Source: Acidobacteriota bacterium
Lineage (GTDB): Bacteria; Acidobacteriota; UBA6911; JACQSX01
Length of the DNA: 32,667 nt
Assembly (NCBI GenBank): GCA_036006905.1
Contig: DASYPF010000256.1
Span: 1-32,667, forward strand
Direction of reading: 5' to 3'
In this document: positions 25,874 to 32,667 of the stretch, piece after piece
Layout of the letters: each line of letters starts with the position of its first letter
How positions within the stretch are numbered: position 1 is the first letter of the stretch
Notes under the pieces: generated by a model
Database searches by the model: none
Told to the model about the DNA's origin: nothing
The model's input: the letters and a program-made list of their open reading frames with translations, nothing else
Made by a program: the position numbers and the translations under genes

Positions 25874-26311
25874 TCAGAATTCCGGCCCGTCGATTATCAA
25901 ATTCCAGACGAGCAGCACAAAAATGACAGCATTGAGGGCATGGCTCGTAAAGCAGAGCTTGCATGAGACTTTTGTCCAAAAAAGCAGCGAGTACGTCAAA
26001 TAGACCCCAAGCAGCACGGTGAGCAACGATGCCGCCAGCATGACCTGCACAAGCGGAAATTGCCACAACCAGCCGCTGAGAATGCCGGCGAGGAGAAGCA
26101 GATAATACAATTGTCCCAGCAGCGAGTTGGGCACTCCAAAAACTCTGGCGCGCGGAGTGAAAACAATGCTGGCGCACGTTTCTTTCCCCATTTGACAAAA
26201 CTTGGGGATGTAACGGGCCTCCGGATCCATCCAACCATATGCGATTGCGGTGAAGTAGGTCGAGATAGAGAGGCCGATGAGAGCGAGCGCGAAAATGAAC
26301 CTGGGAATCAT
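25874..26311 (-). CDS. Vitamin K epoxide reductase (VKOR) family membrane protein
   Basis: Loop cysteines sit in FCQMGKETCASIVFTPRARVFGVPNSLLG, and a CxxC (CKLCFTSH) lies in a later TM helix. Four hydrophobic helices are present. ATG 26311 was chosen; the track start at 26386 translates the tandem repeat. Confidence 0.7.
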   Translation of the reverse strand: MIPRFIFALALIGLSISTYFTAIAYGWMDPEARYIPKFCQMGKETCASIVFTPRARVFGVPNSLLGQLYYLLLLAGILSGWLWQFPLVQVMLAASLLTVLLGVYLTYSLLFWTKVSCKLCFTSHALNAVIFVLLVWNLIIDGPEF

Positions 26312-26330
26312 CGGGTTTAAGAAACGCCAA

Positions 26331-26506
26331 AGGTCGAAGGTCGAAGGTCGCAGGTCGAAGGTTGCAGGTCGAAGGTCACAGGTCAACAGGTCTGCCGGTC
26401 ACAGATCAATAGGACGAAGTTGCCAACTAAGATGCAACCAACTCTTGGACCTGCTGACCTGTGACCTGTTGACCTGCGACCTTCGACTTGCGACTTGCGA
26501 TCTGCC
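26331..26506. repeat. Tandem-unit palindrome C (AGGTCGA/AGGTCAC units) filling the pruA-VKOR spacer
   Basis: Left array at 26331-26402: aggtcga x2, aggtcgc, aggtcga, aggttgc, aggtcga, aggtcac, aggtcaac and further units. Right array at 26448-26506: gacctgctgacctgtgacctgttgacctgcgaccttcgacttgcgacttgcga. A perfect 12-bp pairing joins 26343-26354 to 26473-26484. Confidence 0.9.
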
Positions 26507-26512
26507 GATTCC

Positions 26513-28066
26513 TCACTTCACTTTCTCCGACATGACCTTCGCTTGAGTAAACAGCAATAGATAGTCCTTGCCGCCGGCTTTTGAATCGGTTCCGGACATG
26601 TTGAAGCCGCCAAACGGATGGACGCCCACCAGCGCACCGGTGCATTTCCGATTAAAATAGAGATTCCCCACGTGAAACTGCCGCTTGGCCCGCTGGATTT
26701 TCTTCTTCGACTTGGTGTAGACGGCGCCGGTCAGTCCGTACTCGGTGTTATTTGCGATGCGCAAGGCGTCGTCGAAATCCTTCGCTTTAATGACGGCCAA
26801 TACTGGCCCGAAGATCTCATCTTGAGCAACGGTAGCGCCAGGAGCAACGTCGGCAATCACAGTCGGCTCCACAAAGAATCCCTGCTCCTGATGGACATTG
26901 CCGCCGATAAGCAGGCGTCCTTCCGATTTTCCTTTATCAATGTATTGAAGGATCTTGTGCATCGCCTGATCATTAATCACCGGACCAAAATTAACTCCGC
27001 GCTGGTCAGGAGCGCCCATGCGCAACTCACTCGTTTTTTTCAGCAGGCGATTTAGAAACTTGTCATAAACCTTTTCAACCACGATGGCTCGCGAGCATGC
27101 GGAGCACTTCTGTCCCTGATATCCGAACGCTGACACGACTACCCCCTGCGCAGCCCGGTCAAGATCAGCATCGGAATTCACAATGATGCTGTCTTTGCCT
27201 CCCATCTCCGCAATTACACGTTTAATCCAAATCTGACCCGTTTGGACTTTGGACGCCAGCTCGTTGATGTGCAGGCCCACTGCCTTAGATCCTGTAAACG
27301 CGATGTAGCGAACCTTGGGATGCGCCACCAACGTGTCGCCGATGGTTCCGCCGCTGCCTGTAATGAAATTGACCACTCCGGACGGCACCTTGACTGCGCG
27401 AAAGATCTCCATCAATTGGGCCGCTATCGCCGGGGCATCGCTCGATGGCTTTAGCACGATTGTGTTTCCGGCAACGATGGAGGCAAAAGTCATGCCCGCC
27501 ATAATTGCCAGCGGGAAGTTCCAGGGCGGAATGACGGCGCCAACGCCAAGGGGAATGTAACGGAGTTCGTTGCGTTCTGAAGACACTTTTACAAGCGGCT
27601 GAGGCCCGGCCAGACGGAGCATTTCACGAGCATAGAATTCGGCGAAATCAATAGCTTCGGCGACGTCTGCATCGGCTTCCTCCCAGGACTTGCCGACCTC
27701 GAAAACCATCCAGGCCGCAAGTTCCATTCGCCGCTTGCGCATCAAAGCCGCGACTTTCAAAAGATACTGAGCTCTCTTCTCCGAAGGTAACGCACTCCAT
27801 TCCCCAAACGCCTGGTGTGCTACTTCCACCGTTCGAGCGGCCAACTCGCGGGTCCCCTTCTGGAAAATCCCAACAATTTGCGCCCTATGTGCGGGATTGT
27901 AGGAGCGCAGTTTGTCTTCGGTATGGAATTTCTGGTTTCCAATAGTGATTGGATACTCTTTACCGAGCGCGCTTCGCACCAAGTCGATCGCCTGCTGCAT
28001 CTTCTTGGCTACTCTCGGCTTGGAAAAATCAAATAGCGGTTCATTCTTGAACGCTTTGAGTTTCAC
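26513..28066 (-). CDS. pruA: L-glutamate gamma-semialdehyde (1-pyrroline-5-carboxylate) dehydrogenase
   Basis: 517 aa. The N-terminus FKNEPLFDFS, then EMGGKDSIIV, FGYQGQKCSACSR and the C-terminal GTDSKAGG..YL are typical of the about 516-aa RocA/PruA-type P5CDH. The start is GTG at 28066 with GGAGGA 10 nt upstream. Confidence 0.85.
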   Translation of the reverse strand: MKLKAFKNEPLFDFSKPRVAKKMQQAIDLVRSALGKEYPITIGNQKFHTEDKLRSYNPAHRAQIVGIFQKGTRELAARTVEVAHQAFGEWSALPSEKRAQYLLKVAALMRKRRMELAAWMVFEVGKSWEEADADVAEAIDFAEFYAREMLRLAGPQPLVKVSSERNELRYIPLGVGAVIPPWNFPLAIMAGMTFASIVAGNTIVLKPSSDAPAIAAQLMEIFRAVKVPSGVVNFITGSGGTIGDTLVAHPKVRYIAFTGSKAVGLHINELASKVQTGQIWIKRVIAEMGGKDSIIVNSDADLDRAAQGVVVSAFGYQGQKCSACSRAIVVEKVYDKFLNRLLKKTSELRMGAPDQRGVNFGPVINDQAMHKILQYIDKGKSEGRLLIGGNVHQEQGFFVEPTVIADVAPGATVAQDEIFGPVLAVIKAKDFDDALRIANNTEYGLTGAVYTKSKKKIQRAKRQFHVGNLYFNRKCTGALVGVHPFGGFNMSGTDSKAGGKDYLLLFTQAKVMSEKVK

Positions 28067-28242
28067 AAGTTACAGTCCTCCAGCGTTTTAGAGCGTGAAA
28101 AGTAAAAATTGCCGCGAAGTAAGCGAAGAGCGCCCGACGTCAGAAGCTAAATTATGCGGAAAAAGAATCCGGGAATAAAGCTGAATATTCAGTCGAAAAT
28201 ACCAGGGATTCTATCTAAACTACTGATTTTAAATGAGATCAG

Positions 28243-29304
28243 CTATAATCGCCGCCCGGGCCTCGTGTGCTTTACCGTTACAACATAAGACCCGCTGTTG
28301 TTGGAGAGGCTGTCGTCGTTGACTCCTAGAAACAACGTTCCCGCAATTGGAGCAACCACTTCCGAGCGGGAGCCAATGACGAATACATCGGAATTTTGTT
28401 CGCCCCGGATCTGTCCAATGAGTGCTCCTTGTTTGGCGTCAGGCACCGGGAGGGTTCCAAAAATAGCACCCAAAATTCCGGGGGATACACCGTCCGGCCC
28501 GCTCGATTTTCCTGGAGCTAGCGTAATCGTTCCGGAGGCCTCCAGATTGATCCGTTCGCCTTCACGCATCTGAATCCCAGTGTCCGTCCAGCCCAGATCC
28601 GAGCGAACTTCAACCCGTTCCTCGACCGTCTCGGCAGCGCTGGCGCCTGATTCCCGCCGCCTTCCCCGAATGCCCGTTCCTTCGTCCTCAGGTTCCCAGG
28701 TGGTGATGGTCACCTGATAACTACCGCTGTTATTTGCCAGAAATCCGTCGTTGATTCCCAGAAAAATCTCTCCGTCTCTGCGTGCAGTGAATTCCCGGCG
28801 CGTACCCACTACCAGCGCCTCGCCTGGATAATTCCCCACCATGGCGTAAAGCGCGCCCCAGTTGTCGCGCGGAAAAGGTCTTTCGGTAGCGCTTCCGGGA
28901 ATTCCGTTGGGTCCGGTTCTGCGCGTCCGGTCTACAAAGATCTCGCCGCGCGCCTCAAGGCGAACTCTGTCCCCCTGCCGCACCTGGACGCCGGTGGAGG
29001 AGACTGGCTGTGTGGAAACAACCTCCAGCGAGCGCGTCACCTCCCGCAAAACAGGCGCCGCTCCCTCCAGACCAAAACGAATCCGGGCGATCTCAGTCAC
29101 ATTAATCACCAACTCGGACGGCTCGCCCGTTCGAGTTCCTGGCAAGGACAGGGTGAAACGGCCGTTTTCGAAAGACCGAATTTCTCCCCTCAGAATATTT
29201 CCGTTCTTGAGATAGACGGTGTCTGCCGTCGTGAGACTCACCGACAGCAGAGCCAGCATTGACGTGATAAGAATTTTTCTGCCAATTTGTTTGAATCGCT
29301 CCAT
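28243..29304 (-). CDS. Secreted protein with two tandem LecA/PA-IL-like lectin domains
   Basis: 353 aa with a signal/anchor (ILITSMLALLSVSLTTA). Two paralogous halves end in GINDGFLANNSGSYQVTI and GVNDDSLSNNSGSYVVTV, with GALYAMVGN and GALIGQIRG cores. Compare P. aeruginosa LecA GALVMKIGN ... YNDVPGTYGNNSGSFSVNI. Confidence 0.7.
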   Translation of the reverse strand: MERFKQIGRKILITSMLALLSVSLTTADTVYLKNGNILRGEIRSFENGRFTLSLPGTRTGEPSELVINVTEIARIRFGLEGAAPVLREVTRSLEVVSTQPVSSTGVQVRQGDRVRLEARGEIFVDRTRRTGPNGIPGSATERPFPRDNWGALYAMVGNYPGEALVVGTRREFTARRDGEIFLGINDGFLANNSGSYQVTITTWEPEDEGTGIRGRRRESGASAAETVEERVEVRSDLGWTDTGIQMREGERINLEASGTITLAPGKSSGPDGVSPGILGAIFGTLPVPDAKQGALIGQIRGEQNSDVFVIGSRSEVVAPIAGTLFLGVNDDSLSNNSGSYVVTVKHTRPGRRL

Positions 29305-29362
29305 TCTCCTACCCTCCCCTTATATTTAAGCAGGCATTTTGGTTTAGGGAACTAGGGTGGTT

Positions 29363-29800
29363 GCGGATTTCGGATTTCTGCGATTGCGGATTGGAGATTT
29401 CGGATTGCGGATTGCGGTTTCGGATTGTGGATTGCGGATTGCGGATTGTGGATTGTGGATTGCGGATTGAGGATTGAGGATTGAGGATTGAGGATTGCGG
29501 ATTTCGGTTTCGGATTGCGGATTTCAAAAAGCGTCCGTGGTCCAACTTTTGCTTTGCGAACCGATGACGCGCTGTTGTCGACGAAAACCTCTGCCGGCGC
29601 TCGCAATCACAATCCACAATCTGAAATCTACAATCCGCAGTCCAAAAAACCCGCAAGCCGAAATCCGCAATCTGCAGTCCAAAAAACCCGTAATCCGAAA
29701 TCCGCAATCCGCAGCCCAGAAAATCCGCAATCCGAAATCCGAAATCCGCAATCCGCAGGCCAAAAAATCCGCAATCCGAAATTCGCAATCTGCAATCCAC
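29363..29800. repeat. Tandem-unit palindrome D (about 440 bp, GCGGATT heptamer arrays) between divergent genes
   Basis: The left arm at 29363-29523 holds about 23 units of GCGGATT and variants (gtggatt, gaggatt x4, tcggatt). The centre is 79 bp (29524-29602). The right arm at 29603-29800 holds AATCCGC-type units, interrupted four times by GCAG(T/C/G)CCA(A/G)AAAA(C/T)CC. Confidence 0.9.
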
Positions 29801-29873
29801 ATTGACACCCACAGACGACCAGCATAATCTCCCACTGCGACAAACAGATTGCGACGATCCGGCTTGAACCGCC

Positions 29874-32306
29874 ATGAAAAGAATCGCTGTTCTTTCCATC
29901 ACTGGAATATGCCTGCTTGCCTCAAGCCTGCTGCTGCGAATTTCGGCTGAGGAAAACGTTCCGGGTTCGCAAGTGACTATGCTTCCTAACGGTTGGAAAA
30001 TCTCCCCGGCGGGCCAGCAGATACCGCTGGATGACTTTCCCATTAACTTCCTGATCGACTCGAGCGAGAGAACCGCGATTGTTCTGCACAGCGGGCATAG
30101 CGAGCCCGTGCTGGCAGTCATCGACTTGGCGCGCGGAAGAGAAATTCAGAGGCTGCGGCTTCGCAATGCCTGGCTGGGAATGGTGCGCCACCCGCGCACT
30201 GGCATGCTTTATGTTTCAGGCGGTGGCGAAAACAACATCTACAAGTTTCGCAAGAACCGAACCGGATACGTCGCCGACGGCGAGATTGTCCTGGCTGAAC
30301 CACGTAAGGCAGACGTCTTTACCGCAGGCCTTGCAATCAGCAAAAGCGGCTCGGTTCTTTATGTCGTGTGCAATCTCTCCAAGGAAGTGCGAGTGGTGGA
30401 TACCTCCAGCGGGCGAACTTTGCTGACGTTTCCGGTGGGAAAGAATCCATACAATTGTGTGCTTTCCTCAGACGAGCAGACTCTTTTCGTTTCCAACTGG
30501 GGAGACGGTTCCGTCTCCATGATTCATCTGTTAACCGGTGAGATCGAAAAAATACCGGTCGGCCCTCATCCTAATGACATGAAGCTGGATCGCGATGGGA
30601 AACTCCTCTTCGTTGCCAATGCCAACAACAATACCGTTTCAGTGGTGCATCTCGGGACACGCCGGGTGCTGGAAAACATTCGCACCAGCATCACCGAAAA
30701 AGCCCCGGAAGGAAGCACTCCCAATGCTCTGGCTCTTTCCGCCGACGGCAGAACTTTGCTGGTCGCCAATGCCGACAACAACGACATCGCCGTGGTGCAC
30801 CTGGCTCCGGAAACAAAAGGCAGTTTGATAAGGGGGTTCATCCCTACTGGCTGGTATCCAACTGGGGTGGCCCTTTCGGAGGATGGGGCCACTATCTACG
30901 TGTTGAATGGGAAGGGCTCGCGCTCCTTTCCCAACCCGCAAGGACCCAATCCATATCAGAAGCCCGGGGAAGAACGACAGTTCATTGGCTCATTGATGAA
31001 GGGCACGCTTTCCATCATCCCCTATCCAACCGACGCGGTGTTGCGCAACTGGACGGACCAGACGTTTCGTAATACACCCTACCGAGATGAACTTTTGAGG
31101 CTCAACTCTGAAACCATGGCTGGCATTTTTTCACAATTCGTCGGAAGCGAATCAAGGAAGATAAAGCACATCATCTACATCATCAAAGAAAATCGGACCT
31201 ATGATCAGGTTTTTGGAGACATACCCCGGGGTAATGGCGATTCTTCTCTGGTATTGTTCGGCGAGGCCATCACTCCGAATCATCACGCCCTGGCGAAAGA
31301 ATTCGCACTGCTTGACAATTTCTTCGTTGACTCTGAAGTGAGCGCGGACGGCCACAACTGGTCGATGGGAGCCTACGCCACTGACTACGTGGAAAAGACG
31401 TGGCCGGGCCTGTATGCGGACCGGGGACGTAAGTATGACTATGAGGGAGAAAACTCAACGGTATTTCCCGAATCCGGATATATCTGGGACGCCGCCAAAC
31501 GCGCCCACGTCACGTATCGAAGCTACGGAGAATTCATCCAAAACGGACCGAAGCCCACAGACCCCGGCAAGGCCCTGGTGCCCGCGCTGGAAGGCAATTT
31601 TGATCCTTACTTTCGTAGTTTCGACTTGGAATACCCGGATCAAAAGCGTGCCGACCGTTTCATCTCCGAATTCCGGCGCCTGGTAAGCGAGGACAAACTA
31701 CCCAGGCTGCAGATTATCCGCTTGCCGAATGATCACACCGCCGGCACTCGGCCGGGGAGCCACACGCCGCGCGCATTGGTGGCAGACAATGACTTGGCGC
31801 TGGGCAGGCTAGTAGAAGCGGTGAGTAAAAGTTCCGTTTGGAAAAAGACGGCAATCTTTGTTCTTGAAGACGACGCGCAAAACGGACCTGATCATGTGGA
31901 TGCACACCGCAGTCCCTGCCTGGTAATCAGCCCCTACGTGAAGCGCCATTTTCTGGACCACACTCACTACACAACGAGCAGTGTTCTGCGCACAATAGAA
32001 TTGCTGCTGGGAATTCACCCTATGAGCCAATACGATGCTGCGGCCCGTCCGATGACCAACTTGTTCACCACCGAGCCGGATTTTGCAGCTTACCGGGGCA
32101 TACCAAACGGCTATCCTTTGGATGAAATAAACAAGCCGGATGCTCCAGGCGCCAAGGAGTCGATGCAAATGAACTTCGAGGACATTGACGCGGCGCCGGA
32201 CGATCTTTTAAACCGGATCATTTGGCAATCGGTGCACGGAAAAGGGGCACAGATGCCCCCACCTGTGCGTAGCGCGTTACCGCTACGCGGGGTGCACGAT
32301 CGGTAG
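29874..32306 (+). CDS. Secreted fusion protein: YncE/YVTN-like beta-propeller plus phosphoesterase (PLC/AcpA family) domain
   Basis: 810 aa with signal peptide MKRIAVLSITGICLLASSLLL. The N-terminal propeller has repeated units (LYVSGGGENNIY, LYVVCNLSKEVRVVD, LFVSNWGDGSVSMI, LFVANANNNTVSVV, LLVANADNNDIAVV). The C-terminal phosphoesterase motifs are IKHIIYIIKENRTYDQVFGD, ADGHNWSMGAY, LPNDHTAG and LEDDAQNGPDHVDAHRSP. Confidence 0.85.
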   Translation: MKRIAVLSITGICLLASSLLLRISAEENVPGSQVTMLPNGWKISPAGQQIPLDDFPINFLIDSSERTAIVLHSGHSEPVLAVIDLARGREIQRLRLRNAWLGMVRHPRTGMLYVSGGGENNIYKFRKNRTGYVADGEIVLAEPRKADVFTAGLAISKSGSVLYVVCNLSKEVRVVDTSSGRTLLTFPVGKNPYNCVLSSDEQTLFVSNWGDGSVSMIHLLTGEIEKIPVGPHPNDMKLDRDGKLLFVANANNNTVSVVHLGTRRVLENIRTSITEKAPEGSTPNALALSADGRTLLVANADNNDIAVVHLAPETKGSLIRGFIPTGWYPTGVALSEDGATIYVLNGKGSRSFPNPQGPNPYQKPGEERQFIGSLMKGTLSIIPYPTDAVLRNWTDQTFRNTPYRDELLRLNSETMAGIFSQFVGSESRKIKHIIYIIKENRTYDQVFGDIPRGNGDSSLVLFGEAITPNHHALAKEFALLDNFFVDSEVSADGHNWSMGAYATDYVEKTWPGLYADRGRKYDYEGENSTVFPESGYIWDAAKRAHVTYRSYGEFIQNGPKPTDPGKALVPALEGNFDPYFRSFDLEYPDQKRADRFISEFRRLVSEDKLPRLQIIRLPNDHTAGTRPGSHTPRALVADNDLALGRLVEAVSKSSVWKKTAIFVLEDDAQNGPDHVDAHRSPCLVISPYVKRHFLDHTHYTTSSVLRTIELLLGIHPMSQYDAAARPMTNLFTTEPDFAAYRGIPNGYPLDEINKPDAPGAKESMQMNFEDIDAAPDDLLNRIIWQSVHGKGAQMPPPVRSALPLRGVHDR

Positions 32307-32487
32307 TGCTCGATGTAGAGATGCGGCACACAACGTCTCGATCTTGGATATTCCTGCCGCGCGCCATAGGCGCGCTAGGCGCGGCTTCGCCGCGCTCTGG
32401 AGATTGGACATTTTGTAGGACCGCTGTGTGGGGATCTCGGGCTGGCCAGAGTCGCGCCTTGTCCGCGAAGCGGACGAACAACAGTAG

Positions 32488-32525
32488 CCGGGGGTGCCGA
32501 CGCGCCAAGCGCGAGGCACCCCCGG
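32488..32525. terminator. GC-rich stem-loop downstream of the phosphoesterase gene
   Basis: ccgggggtgcc (32488-32498) pairs perfectly with ggcacccccgg (32515-32525). The 16-nt loop contains a gcgc-caa-gcgc mini-stem. A second small hairpin, gtccgc-gaa-gcggac, lies at 32461-32475. No U-tract. Confidence 0.35.
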
Positions 32526-32667
32526 TCAGCGATCCCAATATCGCGCGGACCGCGCAAGCGGTCCCATGAGGTTCGGCAGACGTCGATGCCTCAATTCCAG
32601 GTGATGTTTTTGTCTTCTGAGCAAGGCAATGCAGGTAGTGTTCAGTCCCATGGACTTCAATGCAGGG

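Noticed and set aside
28181-28192. The 12-bp palindrome CTGAATATTCAG, about 115 bp upstream of the pruA start, as a possible operator.
   Set aside because: It is an isolated AT-rich palindrome with no second site and no adjacent regulator gene, which is too weak to call.
13760-29800. Whether the short-unit arrays could be CRISPR arrays.
   Set aside because: The units are only 6-9 nt and directly abut one another with no spacers. Each array is mirrored by a complementary array, and there are no cas genes in the window.
29309-30121. A 270-aa minus-strand ORF and several overlapping ORFs (29352-29606, 29488-29805, 29495-29827, 29524-29835, 29628-29843) that encode NPQSAIRNPQS- or RIADFGLRI-type repeats.
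   Set aside because: These are translations of the GCGGATT/AATCCGC heptamer arrays of element D. They are open in many frames on both strands, extremely low in complexity, and one runs antisense into the real phosphoesterase gene start.

Overview
This is a chromosomal window from a moderately GC-rich bacterium. The gene content (OpcA-linked zwf operon, a giant IPT/CarboxypepD_reg surface protein, a beta-propeller-phosphoesterase fusion) resembles Acidobacteriota-type soil bacteria, but that taxon is inference only. I saw no rRNA, tRNA, CRISPR array, transposase or integrase. Coding content, left to right: a PLD-family protein (-); a polyphosphate cluster ppx-ppk1-sixA (+); a small membrane protein (-); a DUF47/PhoU-like protein; a possibly Tat-exported class V PLP enzyme; ispH; a small coiled-coil ORF. 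A long minus-strand run follows: a 1519-aa secreted surface protein, a membrane fatty-acid desaturase, and the operon zwf-opcA-pgl-glk. After that come an MBL-fold hydrolase, a small secreted protein, an unlisted 47-aa DUF3096-like ORF, a CoA-binding protein, a MazF/PemK-RHH toxin-antitoxin pair, a polytopic membrane protein, an alpha/beta hydrolase, a VKOR-family protein, P5C dehydrogenase, a tandem LecA/PA-IL-like lectin protein and a YncE-like propeller-phosphoesterase fusion. The most unusual signal is non-coding. Almost every long intergenic spacer holds a long hairpin-forming element whose two arms are arrays of short (6-9 nt) tandem units that are reverse complements of each other. The unit sequence differs between elements, two of them sit inside the zwf operon, and they generate many spurious low-complexity ORFs in the six-frame track. 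I do not recognise this architecture as a described element class. The ORF track translates TTG/GTG starts as M, so several starts were re-picked by eye.
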